From Coriobacteriaceae bacterium (GTDB lineage Bacteria > Actinomycetota > Coriobacteriia > Coriobacteriales > Coriobacteriaceae): a DNA stretch of 64,000 bases. This document shows, piece by piece, positions 10,108 through 19,864 of the stretch (its first letter is position 1; each line of letters begins with the position of its first letter). Position numbers and translations under genes: made by a program. Under the pieces are notes generated by a model that made no database searches, was not told where the DNA came from, and saw nothing but the letters and a program-made list of their open reading frames with translations. The stretch covers positions 272,626 through 336,625 of the forward strand of contig CP107217.1 in NCBI GenBank assembly GCA_025757745.1. Reading direction: 5' to 3'.

Positions 10108-12270
10108 ATGACACGCTATGGAGGTCATATGCTCTTTTCCCGCTGTTCTGCCACATCTGCTTTCGCCATTGCGCTCGTCGTAATGGCGGTTACCCCTTAT
10201 CACCGGTTTTCATCTTCAATCGGCTTGGCATCAGGTGCAATGACCTGGCTCGTTATCCTTGGCGCATGCCTCGCGGCGTTTGGTCATGGTGTTGCGCTCC
10301 GCAAGGGGAGAGAAATAAGACGGCCGGGTCGCCTTGGCGTCTTCGGTGTTTTCCTTGCTGCTATTGCGGTGGTTCCCGAATGGGTCGACTTGGTCTTCTA
10401 TGCTCGCGGAGATTCTATTCCAATCGTGTTTGCACCAATCTGGTTGTTGCATCGTGTTTCGTGTGCCTTGTGCTTCACTGGGTCGTTGCTCCTCTCATAT
10501 GTAATTTGGGATACGGCGGGCTCTCCTTTGATACGGGGGGCGGCGCGGGACGGCGAAAGGGGGACCCGCCGATCGCAGAGCACGCTTTTTGCAGAAACAA
10601 TAGTTGTCCTGTCTTGCCTGCTGTTTTGCTGTCGAATTTCATGGAGAGTCGTTCCCGAGCCATGGGGGATGCCCTCTGTAACGGCCGCATCAATTGGCCT
10701 CGTGCTTTTAATTCCGCTGGTCTATCTCGTATTGGCTGCGGTCCCGCTGCTTTGCTGTCCCCGCGCCTTTGGTCGGGGGCAGGGCGACGTGTTTGCCCGT
10801 TCTGTGCTTGTAGCAGTTCCCATTGGCCTTGTTCCGGCTGTCGAGGTGGCATACTTTGCAAGCGATGCCGCAGTCATTGCATCACTGTCGATGGGGTCCG
10901 CTATTGCTGTTGCCGCCTTCGTATGCACATTGCTAAGGGAGAAACGGGACAACAATTCGGATACCCCTCGCACGTCCGACCCATTCGATGCGGGGGTGTT
11001 TTCCCCTGCCCTGTCGCCTCGAGAAGAGCAGTTTGTTCGACTGCTGCTCAAAGGGAAAACGCCGGCGGAAATTGCCAGGGAGACGGGTACGAAGCCATCG
11101 ACGGTGCGAACAACGCTTCACCGAGCATACGGGAAGGCATCGGTTGCGGGCTCACGCGAGCTCGTGGCATTGTTTGCGGGTGAGGGTGATGCTACAGGGC
11201 CTGGTCTGCTGCAGCGGCATGCTGGTGATATGTTGACATCAGTTCGGACGCGCCGGCTGTTTCGATACCTGCTCACAACATTTTTTATCCTCCTTGCGGC
11301 GGGCCCCTTGGTAATGGCGGATAGCGATTGGGGATCCGGTGTTTCGCGGGCAGTCGCCTTTTCTCTCGCAAGCTATGCATTGGGTCTCGGACTGCTTCTG
11401 TCGCTGCACTACGCGGGTGAAAAACTGAATCGTGAAGTTGCGCTGACTAGAACGGATGGGGCGATTGGGCTCGGAAGCCCGTGCGTATGGGCGGTGCTGT
11501 CTGCCGTGGAATGGTCTTTTGTCTATATTGCGGCATGGAGGTGTATATGCGATCCGTTGATGGCTGCGCCGGTCCTGCTGTGCGGCGTGGCATCTACGGT
11601 CTCGCTCGCTGTTGGGCTGCGTCCGTTTAAGGTGCATGCCCGTGTCCGGGCTATCGTGCCGTTGGTGTCAATAGGTGCGGCTACTTTAATCCATGCGGCC
11701 ACTAGGGGGCGAATCCATGGGTTCGCGGTGCTGACGGGGATGTTGCTCACATACATAGTGCTGCGTAGCTGCCCGCAGCGCAAAATGCTTGGGATATGGA
11801 TGCTTTGCTTTGGGGCGGCGGCTCCTGTCTGGGTTGTCTTGCTCAACATGGTGCAGGATCTGACGGTTTTCGAGCCTCTGTTCCTTGCGTCGTTGCTGGG
11901 GCAAAGTTCGGCCGTCAATGTCGTCGTGGCAACGGTGATTGTTTGCTGGTCTGTGCCCATGCTCGTTACGCACATCGTGCTCGTACGCTCGGTTGAGGAC
12001 GAGAAGGCCGTCTTGAAGTACCGTGCGAACGGGTCCACCGAAGCAGCTCACGTGCGCCGGCTGGCTCTGCTTACGTCGCGCGCCCTGTCCGATGTTCAGG
12101 CCCGAATATTGTTGATGACGGCAGAGGGCACAACGACAAAGACCATTGCGCAGGATGTCGGTTACGCTGCATCTACGGTGCAAGCGCTGCGATCCGCGTC
12201 CTATCGCCAGTTGAAGATCAAGAACAAAGCAGAGCTTATTTCATTGTTATCGCAGGTAGATAACGTGTAA
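10108..12270 (+). CDS. Transmembrane LuxR-family transcriptional regulator with two HTH domains
   Basis: Two multi-TM blocks, each followed by a LuxR-like HTH (LSPREEQFVRLLLKGKTPAEIARETGTKPSTVRTTLHRAYGK; LSDVQARILLMTAEGTTTKTIAQDVGYAASTVQALRSASYRQL). Start codon uncertain. Confidence 0.8.
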   Translation: MTRYGGHMLFSRCSATSAFAIALVVMAVTPYHRFSSSIGLASGAMTWLVILGACLAAFGHGVALRKGREIRRPGRLGVFGVFLAAIAVVPEWVDLVFYARGDSIPIVFAPIWLLHRVSCALCFTGSLLLSYVIWDTAGSPLIRGAARDGERGTRRSQSTLFAETIVVLSCLLFCCRISWRVVPEPWGMPSVTAASIGLVLLIPLVYLVLAAVPLLCCPRAFGRGQGDVFARSVLVAVPIGLVPAVEVAYFASDAAVIASLSMGSAIAVAAFVCTLLREKRDNNSDTPRTSDPFDAGVFSPALSPREEQFVRLLLKGKTPAEIARETGTKPSTVRTTLHRAYGKASVAGSRELVALFAGEGDATGPGLLQRHAGDMLTSVRTRRLFRYLLTTFFILLAAGPLVMADSDWGSGVSRAVAFSLASYALGLGLLLSLHYAGEKLNREVALTRTDGAIGLGSPCVWAVLSAVEWSFVYIAAWRCICDPLMAAPVLLCGVASTVSLAVGLRPFKVHARVRAIVPLVSIGAATLIHAATRGRIHGFAVLTGMLLTYIVLRSCPQRKMLGIWMLCFGAAAPVWVVLLNMVQDLTVFEPLFLASLLGQSSAVNVVVATVIVCWSVPMLVTHIVLVRSVEDEKAVLKYRANGSTEAAHVRRLALLTSRALSDVQARILLMTAEGTTTKTIAQDVGYAASTVQALRSASYRQLKIKNKAELISLLSQVDNV

Positions 12271-12379
12271 ACGCCTGGATTATCAACTCAATAGCGAGTG
12301 TTTACAGACATCTTTCTCCATTCATGCAAAGGTTGCTGTGCGTCGACGCATTGTTAGCCGCTTTTGATTGGAGAAGGCC

Positions 12380-12892
12380 ATGATTAAGCCAAGGAGCGCT
12401 ATTACTCGAATCGGAGTCGGGTTGGCGATTGCTGCGGGTCTGTCCCTAGGGGTTCCCGCTGCATCGTTCGCGCAAGAGGAGTTTGACACCTCTCAGGTTT
12501 CTAGCATTACTCAAAACGCCGATACGGGAATTACGACCTGTACGAACAATGCCGATAGGGCATTTAGTTTTCAATGTGCCGGGACGAGTGCAACTGGCTA
12601 CCGTCAAAAGGATGATTCCTCATCGCTCTATCTGGATATCCAAGGTTATACGGGAAATCCGCTTCGGTTATATACAGACGGTGCGTATAACACAAGCGGT
12701 AGCGGCAGCATGAATTGTACTCAGGGAACGTATCGTTCGAATCACAAGGGACAGTGGGAAATGTATAACCTCGTCCGTGAGAACGGGCGATCTGCGGCGC
12801 GACTGACTGCATGGGCGGAGTCTGGCTACGGCACTGTTATTGGTGTATGGAGCCCCGACTGCGTCGGGCATTTCCGCAAGCTTCCCGCATAG
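12380..12892 (+). CDS. Small secreted protein with C-terminal GxWSPD motif (DUF2712-like from memory)
   Basis: GGAGAAGG RBS; Sec signal ending ASFA; mature part about 140 aa with four Cys and the ending GVWSPDC. Family name is recalled, not searched. Confidence 0.7.
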   Translation: MIKPRSAITRIGVGLAIAAGLSLGVPAASFAQEEFDTSQVSSITQNADTGITTCTNNADRAFSFQCAGTSATGYRQKDDSSSLYLDIQGYTGNPLRLYTDGAYNTSGSGSMNCTQGTYRSNHKGQWEMYNLVRENGRSAARLTAWAESGYGTVIGVWSPDCVGHFRKLPA

Positions 12893-12905
12893 TTGTTTTA
12901 AATGG

Positions 12906-12936
12906 CTCCCTTCCGGCTTTCTGGGTCGGAAGGGGG
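12906..12936 (+). promoter_or_regulatory. Intercistronic stem-loop abutting the permease RBS
   Basis: CTCCCTTCCGGC-TTTCTGG-GTCGGAAGGGGG, 12-bp stem with two G-U pairs and no U-tail. Confidence 0.55.
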
Positions 12937-12946
12937 AGGAGGACGT

Positions 12947-13828
12947 ATGAACCAAAGGCTCGTAAGATATGAGCTGTCGAAAACGATAAGACGCCCAGCT
13001 TTTATCTTTGCTCTCTTGATTGCAGTCGCAGTTGCAATAGCTGCTGCGCTGGAGCCGTGGGCAAATTTGGAAAAAGAACGTCACAACCTTCTTTCTTTTG
13101 GTTACGGCGTTGGCATGCAAGCCAAAAACTATCTCGGTCAAACACGTGAAAGCAGCTTCGGTAACTGGATTGTTGTGAGCGCGAACGCGCCACTGTCTGC
13201 GTCGGTGTTTTTCTATGCACTGCCCCTGCTTGCAATGTTGGCCGGATCTTGGTCGTGCCTCTTTGAGCGTTTGAGTGGTTATGACATGCAGATATGCACG
13301 CGCGTTTCCAGAAAGGCATACGTGAACGTAAAGGTGCTGTCTGCTTTCCTCTCCGCGTTTACAGTGACTGCCATTCCTCTGCTCGTCAATTTCCTGATTG
13401 TCTCGATGCTTTTTCCTGCGTATCTTCCTCGGGTCGATGAGTCGACCTACGTAGGGCTTTACCTACATAGCTATTTCTCCGGTCTATTTTATTCACATCC
13501 TTTGTTATATGTGCTTGCATACACGCTGTTCGATGCGGTCACGCTCGGGACTTTATCCATGGCTGTAACTGGCTTCTCAATTTTGTTTCGTAGCAGAATC
13601 AAAGCGATAATTGTCCCGTATCTGCTAATGGTTGCGTGGCATTTTGCAAATGGCTGGATCTTCGGCGTAATGGCTTGCGTGGGGTTTAACTGCAATATCC
13701 TCAACAGCATCAGGTCGGAATCGCTGAATAACTGGCCAGACATTCGAGCCGGTTTTGCGGAAATCATATTATTGACCCTTGCTTCGTTGGCTTTTTCTGG
13801 GGCGTGGAAAAGGCGGGAGATGGTCTGA
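12947..13828 (+). CDS. Putative ABC transporter permease
   Basis: About 6 TM helices, N-terminal YELSKTIRR pattern typical of ABC-2-like permeases; GGAGG RBS before ATG 12947. Confidence 0.72.
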   Translation: MNQRLVRYELSKTIRRPAFIFALLIAVAVAIAAALEPWANLEKERHNLLSFGYGVGMQAKNYLGQTRESSFGNWIVVSANAPLSASVFFYALPLLAMLAGSWSCLFERLSGYDMQICTRVSRKAYVNVKVLSAFLSAFTVTAIPLLVNFLIVSMLFPAYLPRVDESTYVGLYLHSYFSGLFYSHPLLYVLAYTLFDAVTLGTLSMAVTGFSILFRSRIKAIIVPYLLMVAWHFANGWIFGVMACVGFNCNILNSIRSESLNNWPDIRAGFAEIILLTLASLAFSGAWKRREMV

Positions 13829-14664
13829 TGCTGTTTAGGCTGGTCGCCGCGGACCTGAGGACCGTTTTGAAGAAGAACATCATTACCTTTATTGCGATTG
13901 CAGCAGTGACCGTTGCGAACCTGGTGTACGCCTACGGATTGTCTTCTGTGTATGGGGTCAGGACGGATACCTTGGGGTTTGCGGACAATCTTGCGCTCGT
14001 GTTTGCCGGATCTGCTCCGTTTGAGCCTAGGCCCGGGGTCATGTTTGTGCCTCCGCTAGGATGGCTATTTCTCATTCTGCTTATTCTCTATACAACACTC
14101 GATTATCCCGCCGAATCGTTGCACGGGTTTGGTTTGCAAACGCTTGTCCGATGCCGGGCGAGAACCCTTTGGTGGGTCTCGCGTTTTATCTCAGTGGCGG
14201 CGATAACAGCATTTTCGCTGCTTGTGGTGGTTTGCTCTGTTGTGATTTGGAGCTTGATGGTGAGCGCCTCGTTCAGCGCGGTCATCCATGGCGAGTCGCT
14301 TCAGTTGGCTAATTTGGCGCCGTGGTTTCTCAAAGTGGGCGAGGCGGATGCGCTGCCGTTTTTCATAGGTCTCTTTTTTGCTTTTGAGGCGCTTGCGTTT
14401 GCACAGGCAGCGGTTGGGTTTGTGCTTGGGCCGTCAGCCTCATTTGCGGTTGTAATGAGCTACCTGATCTGTTCGGCATATGCGCGGCATTGGGCGCTGC
14501 TGGGAAATGCCTTGATGCTGTTGCGCTGGGGTGGAATCGTCAAAGAAGGAATTGCGACGGGCTCGAGTGGCTTGTTTTCAATTGTGATTATGTCGTTATG
14601 TCTATCGTTGGGTGGACTGTGGTTTCGAAAGGCCGACCTTATCGAAAAGAGGGACAAGATATGA
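13828..14664 (+). CDS. Putative ABC transporter permease
   Basis: About 6 TM helices; TGATG overlap with the previous gene and ATGA overlap with the next. Confidence 0.72.
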   Translation: MLFRLVAADLRTVLKKNIITFIAIAAVTVANLVYAYGLSSVYGVRTDTLGFADNLALVFAGSAPFEPRPGVMFVPPLGWLFLILLILYTTLDYPAESLHGFGLQTLVRCRARTLWWVSRFISVAAITAFSLLVVVCSVVIWSLMVSASFSAVIHGESLQLANLAPWFLKVGEADALPFFIGLFFAFEALAFAQAAVGFVLGPSASFAVVMSYLICSAYARHWALLGNALMLLRWGGIVKEGIATGSSGLFSIVIMSLCLSLGGLWFRKADLIEKRDKI

Positions 14665-15305
14665 GCGTGATCGTTAGGGACGTATCGAAGCGCATGGGCA
14701 AAAACGATGTCCTGCGCAACGTGTCTATCGAGGTTGACCCTGGGACTGTGGTCGGGCTTCAGGGGATAAACGGTTCGGGCAAGACCATGCTTATGCGAGC
14801 GGTCTGCGGATTGATTAGACCCACCGAGGGCGAAATCATTATCGATGGTCAAAGACTTGGGGCTGATATCTCGTTTCCGCCGAGTCTTGGGATGTTGATA
14901 GAGGCTCCTTCCTTTTTAGGATATCTGTCTGGCTACGACAATCTGGAACTCATAGCTCAAATCAAGGGCGTTGCCACCCCCGAGGACATTCGCTCCGCCC
15001 TGCGGCTCGTGGGGCTCGATGCAGACGAAAAAAAGAAGTTCCGAGCATACTCGCTTGGGATGAAGCAGCGTCTGGGGATAGCTGCGGCGATTATGGAAAA
15101 GCCGAAGCTGCTTGTTCTCGATGAACCAACAAATGCCCTCGACGAAGCGGGCGTTGAAATGCTCAAGCGTGTTGTGGCGATGGCGGCATCAACGGGTCGC
15201 GAGGTTCTTCTGTCTAGCCATGACGGAGAGGTGCTCGAGGAGCTGGCCGATCGGGTTTACTGCATGCGCGACGGTGCCGTTGTGGAAGTTCGGGAAAGGT
15301 CGTGA
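14661..15305 (+). CDS. ABC transporter ATP-binding protein
   Basis: Walker A GINGSGKT, signature YSLGMKQRL, Walker B LLVLDEPT, SSH switch. Confidence 0.93.
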   Translation: MSVIVRDVSKRMGKNDVLRNVSIEVDPGTVVGLQGINGSGKTMLMRAVCGLIRPTEGEIIIDGQRLGADISFPPSLGMLIEAPSFLGYLSGYDNLELIAQIKGVATPEDIRSALRLVGLDADEKKKFRAYSLGMKQRLGIAAAIMEKPKLLVLDEPTNALDEAGVEMLKRVVAMAASTGREVLLSSHDGEVLEELADRVYCMRDGAVVEVRERS

Positions 15306-15970
15306 GCGCGATGAAGAAGACCCTGTGGACGAGAAGATCGGCGCTCGCGCTTTTTTGCTGTGCTGCTACCGGCCTTGCGGGCATGAGGGTGAGCGTCGTT
15401 AACAGGAATCGGACAGTCATTCCTGAGAAATATTACGCGGAGGGCGAATGGCTCTCGATGGATGGAGCGTTTCTGGGATCGAAGGATGTGGTGACTGATG
15501 GGTATTCGTTTTGCATAGATGGAGCAGAACTACTCACGCCGCGCGAGTATCTCAAACGAGCGCATGACGATTATTCAAAATATGGCACCGTGGATACGAA
15601 AACGAGACTGAAGGATGCCGACATCACGTGCGTTATCGCCGTAAAGATGCGTGTCAGAAATAGGGATAATATCGACGGTGGAATCAAAGCGTATGTTTGG
15701 CATCTGGTTCCGGAGTCTGCGCCAAACTATGATTTTGTAGTCAATACCGATCTGATAACGCAAGCCATGCCGGTCCTTGGCGGCTCTGCTGCGTTTGCCG
15801 TGGAGGTTGGGGCAGAAAACGAGTTGCTCGTCCCATTTATGATGCAAAACACCAACGACTATTTCGAAGGTTACGAGACCGTCCGTTTTGAGAAAGCGTT
15901 TCCCGGGACCTATACGATGAAGATGACCGATCTGCCGGAGCGAAGGCTCTTCAGGTTTGAAGTTAAATAG
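15302..15970 (+). CDS. Membrane-anchored or exported accessory protein (DUF5028-like from memory)
   Basis: GTGA overlap with the ATPase gene; N-terminal basic plus hydrophobic anchor, soluble beta-rich remainder. Confidence 0.6.
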   Translation: MSAMKKTLWTRRSALALFCCAATGLAGMRVSVVNRNRTVIPEKYYAEGEWLSMDGAFLGSKDVVTDGYSFCIDGAELLTPREYLKRAHDDYSKYGTVDTKTRLKDADITCVIAVKMRVRNRDNIDGGIKAYVWHLVPESAPNYDFVVNTDLITQAMPVLGGSAAFAVEVGAENELLVPFMMQNTNDYFEGYETVRFEKAFPGTYTMKMTDLPERRLFRFEVK

Positions 15971-16044
15971 CTCGAAGGCCCTGTTGGGGGAGCCTCATCC
16001 TACGCTGAAGCGGGATGAGATTCCCTTCGCAGTGGCGCTCGGCC

Positions 16045-16770
16045 CTAGCGCTTCTTCTTGCTCTTCTTCTGCTTGCGCTGCTTGCCCTTGTTGTCCTGGG
16101 GCTTGTCGGCCTTGTCGCCCCGCTTGGCCTCGGCGGCAGCCTTCTCGGCCTTCATTTTCTTCTTCTTGGTCTCGATGCGGAGCTTTTTGTTGATGCGCGC
16201 CTTAAGGAAGGGGCCAAACTGCTCGGCATCGCCGCGGATAAAGGTGTCCTTAGGGATAGTCACGCCCTGGTCGGCGAACATGGCTACAAAGATGCGCTCG
16301 CCGTCGAGTACGTGGTCGAGCTTCTCAAACGGGAAGAACTGCGACTTGCCGCTCTTGCCCCAAACCATCAGGCCGTCCTCGTTGGCAGCGACGCGGCGAT
16401 AGCGGCCACCCATGGACTCGTCGGCCTCGACGGCGTCGATAAAGTCACGGGCGAGCGTGTGGTGCAGGTTTTTGCTCCACCAGGCCAAAAAGGCGCCGAA
16501 TACGATCAGGACGACGCCAAACTTGATCCAGTTACCGCCGGCCACCAGCATGCCAATGCCGATCAGCGCGGCAATTGCCGCGGCGACATACAGCGAACCG
16601 CGACGCCTGGGCGAGGCGACCAGGCGGGCGAAGTCGGTGACCAGGTCGTTTTCGTACTGGTACTCGTTGAGGTACAGGATGCCGTCGTCGGCTGCGGCCT
16701 GCTCCTCGAGCGCGACCTCGACCTGGTCGGCTGCTTCGGAGGGGACGAGGTTGCTCTCTGCGTCTGCCAT
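16045..16770 (-). CDS. YcxB-like two-TM membrane protein with Lys-rich tail
   Basis: Two TM helices followed by a soluble domain (..VTIPKDTF..); host-like codon usage; GGAG upstream. Confidence 0.65.
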   Translation of the reverse strand: MADAESNLVPSEAADQVEVALEEQAAADDGILYLNEYQYENDLVTDFARLVASPRRRGSLYVAAAIAALIGIGMLVAGGNWIKFGVVLIVFGAFLAWWSKNLHHTLARDFIDAVEADESMGGRYRRVAANEDGLMVWGKSGKSQFFPFEKLDHVLDGERIFVAMFADQGVTIPKDTFIRGDAEQFGPFLKARINKKLRIETKKKKMKAEKAAAEAKRGDKADKPQDNKGKQRKQKKSKKKR

Positions 16771-16885
16771 GCTCTTTGGACTCCTATCGCGGCGGGCTCG
16801 CCGTACGGGTTATTATGAATGCAGTATGCCGTGCGACCGCATGGCCGTCGCGGCAACAAGACTCAGTATACCCGGGGGAGCACCC

Positions 16886-19369
16886 ATGGAATCGTTGTAC
16901 CGAAAGTATCGCCCGCTCACCTTCGACTCCGTGGTGGGCCAGCAGCATATCGTCTCGACGCTCGAGCACGCCATCACCGAGGGGCGCCTGTCCCACGCAT
17001 ACCTGTTCTGCGGACCGCGCGGCACGGGCAAGACCACCATGGCGCGCATCCTTGCCAAGGCGCTGCTGTGCCGTAATGCCGAGGCAGCGCGCGCCGAGGG
17101 CGCAAGCGGGTGCATGCCCGACGGCACCTGTGAGGAGTGCGAGCTCATCGCCGAGGGCAACCACCCCGATGTCTACGAGCTCGATGCCGCAAGCCGCACG
17201 GGCGTGGACAATGTGCGCGAGGAGATCATCAACTCCGTCAACTTTGCCCCGGTGCGCGGCAAGTACAAGATCTATATCATCGACGAGGTTCACATGCTCA
17301 CGACGGCGGCGTTCAACGCGCTGCTCAAGACGCTCGAGGAGCCGCCGGCACACGTGATCTTCGTGCTGTGCACCACCGACCCGCAAAAGATTCTGGAGAC
17401 CATCCTCTCGCGCTGCCAGCGCTTCGATTTTCATCGCATCGGCAACGAGGATATTGAGCATCGCCTGTCCTACGTGTGCGAGCAGGAGGACTTCGATTAC
17501 GACGACGAGGCGCTGGCTATCGTGGCGCGTCATGCCAAGGGCGGCATGCGCGACGCGCTCTCCACGCTGGAGCAGCTGAGCGTCTTCGGCAACGGTACCG
17601 TGCACGCGGACGATGCCCGCTCGCTTTTGGGCGAAGTTTCGGACCAGATTCTGGGCGAGTTTGCGCGCGCCATCGCCGAGCGTGATATTGCTGAGCTCTA
17701 TGGGCTCATTCGCGCACAGGTCGAGGAGGGCAATGACCTGCTTGAGCTGACGCGCGACCTGGTGGCGCATGTGCGCGACGTGTATGTGGCCTGCGTTGCC
17801 GGTGCCCGTGCCGAGCTGTTTGAGGGCGGGATCGAGCAGGCCGAGGCGCTTGCTGCCGAGGCCGCTGCCTTTGGCGAGCATCCGGCCGACCGCCTGGCCC
17901 GCGTGCTGACGGTGCTTGACGATGCCGCGCTGGAGATGAGGGGCGCGAGCGACGTGCGCCTGGTGCTCGAGATCGCCTGCACGCGCCTGGCACGTCCCGA
18001 GGCCGATCTGACCATTGAGGCCCTGGCCGAGCGCGTGGCACGCTTGGAGGCCATGGTCGCCAACGCCGCGGTGCCGGCGGGTGTGGCTGCTGCTCAAACG
18101 AGTGCGCCTGCTGCATCCGCACCCGCTGCTGCCCAGCAGCCGACGCTGATTTCGGGTGCCCGAGCCGCTACTCCCGCGGCGACTGCCGCCCCCGCTGCTA
18201 CGTCCGCGCATCAGGGTGGCATGCCTTGGGACCGCGGCACTGCTGTTCCGGCGGCCCAGTCTGCGCCCAAGTCCGCGGTTCCTGCGTCGGCGCCCAAACC
18301 TGTAACGCCTGCACCTCAACCCGTTGCGGCTCCCGCGCCTGCGGCATCGACCGTGCCGGTGTTCAAGCCCAACAGCGCCGCCCAGGTTGCTGCCGCCGGC
18401 GCCGCCGAGACCCCCGCGGTCGAGGATGCCGGCGAGCTCCAGCGCAAATGGGCCGAGGTCGTCGAGCGCGTCAAGGCCCAACAACCTTCTTATGCGGCTC
18501 TCCTGTTGAACGCCCGCGCTACGGCAGACGATGGTTCTAAGCTCACGGTCTCGTTCCCTACGGCATTTGCTATCAAGATGCTCGGGCGTGCTGATACACA
18601 GGCGGTGTTTTTGCCGACAGTCAGTGCAGTCTTCGGTCGTCGCACCGTCGACTATGTCCTGGATGGGGGTGGCACGCCGGCTCCTCAACATGAGGAGCAT
18701 TCTCCATCTGCACGGGCTGCGGCATCTGCGGACCCGCAACCCGTGTCCTCGGCGGTCCCTGCATCCTCGAGCGCCAGCGCGACGCAGCCAAAAGCGGCAC
18801 CGGTAGCGGCACCGACTCCGTCGGCGCCTGAACCTGCTGCGCCCAAACCGGCTGCTCCGACCCCCGCGCCCAAGCCCGCTGCCACACCCGCACCCAAGTC
18901 ATCCGACCTGGCTAAGGCCCCCTGGCTGCGCTCCGACAACCCTGCCGGTGCTCCTGCCACGGGCAAGCTCCCGACCGAGCCCGCGCCCCGAGCGCCCAAG
19001 CGCGCGTCCGCTCCCAAGGCTCAGCCGTCTGCGCAGGCTGCGCCTTGGGAATCCGAGCAGGTGCCCTACGACGACGCCATGGTCGGTGGCTTTGCCGGCG
19101 ATGCGGGCGGGGAGGATCTTCCTCCGTTCGACGTGCCTGCCGCGGTGCCTGCGCCCAGCCCTGCCGCCTCAGCCGCGGCTCCCGCAGCTGCGACGTCCGC
19201 TCTCGCAAGCGATGACGCCCCCGCTGCCCCTTGGGAGTCCAACCCCGGCGCCGGCAGTCCCTTCGGCCACCAGGGCGCAGCCCCGAGCATCCCGCAGACC
19301 GAGGACGAGGCCAAAGCCCTCATCCGCAGCGTCTTTGGCCAGGCCACCATCTTCAAACCGGTGGAGTAA
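16886..19369 (+). CDS. dnaX: DNA polymerase III subunit gamma/tau
   Basis: MESLYRKYRP..F..VVGQ, GPRGTGKTT, Zn-finger Cys residues, IIDEVHML, SRC; long Ala/Pro-rich C-terminus; upstream of ybaB-recR. Confidence 0.96.
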   Translation: MESLYRKYRPLTFDSVVGQQHIVSTLEHAITEGRLSHAYLFCGPRGTGKTTMARILAKALLCRNAEAARAEGASGCMPDGTCEECELIAEGNHPDVYELDAASRTGVDNVREEIINSVNFAPVRGKYKIYIIDEVHMLTTAAFNALLKTLEEPPAHVIFVLCTTDPQKILETILSRCQRFDFHRIGNEDIEHRLSYVCEQEDFDYDDEALAIVARHAKGGMRDALSTLEQLSVFGNGTVHADDARSLLGEVSDQILGEFARAIAERDIAELYGLIRAQVEEGNDLLELTRDLVAHVRDVYVACVAGARAELFEGGIEQAEALAAEAAAFGEHPADRLARVLTVLDDAALEMRGASDVRLVLEIACTRLARPEADLTIEALAERVARLEAMVANAAVPAGVAAAQTSAPAASAPAAAQQPTLISGARAATPAATAAPAATSAHQGGMPWDRGTAVPAAQSAPKSAVPASAPKPVTPAPQPVAAPAPAASTVPVFKPNSAAQVAAAGAAETPAVEDAGELQRKWAEVVERVKAQQPSYAALLLNARATADDGSKLTVSFPTAFAIKMLGRADTQAVFLPTVSAVFGRRTVDYVLDGGGTPAPQHEEHSPSARAAASADPQPVSSAVPASSSASATQPKAAPVAAPTPSAPEPAAPKPAAPTPAPKPAATPAPKSSDLAKAPWLRSDNPAGAPATGKLPTEPAPRAPKRASAPKAQPSAQAAPWESEQVPYDDAMVGGFAGDAGGEDLPPFDVPAAVPAPSPAASAAAPAAATSALASDDAPAAPWESNPGAGSPFGHQGAAPSIPQTEDEAKALIRSVFGQATIFKPVE

Positions 19370-19390
19370 CCGTGCGGGCGGGTACGCTGC

Positions 19391-19864
19391 TCAAGAAGAG
19401 ATCTCTTTGTCCGGGCGCATCTGTATTTCGGACATGTGTAGTGTGGTGCCGCGTATATCGCATTCGAGCAGACAGGCACGTGACGGTCGGCCTAGGATGC
19501 TGAGGTCGATACGATATGTCGCATGGCTGTCCGTGTACTCGACTTGCTCGGCGTTGACGGTTGCTCCGATTGTAAATAAAGAGCCCAGTTCGGCATCGAC
19601 AATCTTGGAGTCCTTTATCTTGACCTTGAACTCTTGGTAGAGGGACGGGCTGTTGTAGTAAATGGTTCGGGTTCCGTCGGTGCACTCATCGGCCGCTTCC
19701 CATTTGACGACGGGCTGGTCCGAGCTGGCTATCAGCAGTTCTGCTCCAAAGGCTATGGCATGGGTGATGACAACCAGCAATGCCCAGCCGACAAAGAGAT
19801 AGAGAACCACATATGCAACGGGGTGTTTTGAGCGGATGTTTTGGAGCGCGTCGGGGGCATTCAT
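19391..19864 (-). CDS. Hypothetical single-TM protein
   Basis: GGAGG RBS before ATG 19864; N-terminal TM helix; lower-GC codon usage. Confidence 0.6.
   Translation of the reverse strand: MNAPDALQNIRSKHPVAYVVLYLFVGWALLVVITHAIAFGAELLIASSDQPVVKWEAADECTDGTRTIYYNSPSLYQEFKVKIKDSKIVDAELGSLFTIGATVNAEQVEYTDSHATYRIDLSILGRPSRACLLECDIRGTTLHMSEIQMRPDKEISS

Noticed and set aside
15302..15400. Tat signal (TRRSAL) on the accessory protein
   Set aside because: Imperfect consensus and no clear cleavage site; a simple membrane anchor fits equally well.
16412..16885. 158-aa N-terminal extension of DnaX in the ORF track
   Set aside because: It overlaps the opposite-strand ycxB-like gene; the conserved start MESLYRKYRP has its own GGGGAG RBS at 16886.
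16771..16885. SRP RNA (ffs), often found upstream of dnaX
   Set aside because: No recognisable SRP helix-8 motif in this short interval.
18060..19369. Programmed frameshift or tandem repeat in the dnaX tail
   Set aside because: No slippery poly-A site was seen; the region is ordinary Ala/Pro low-complexity linker.
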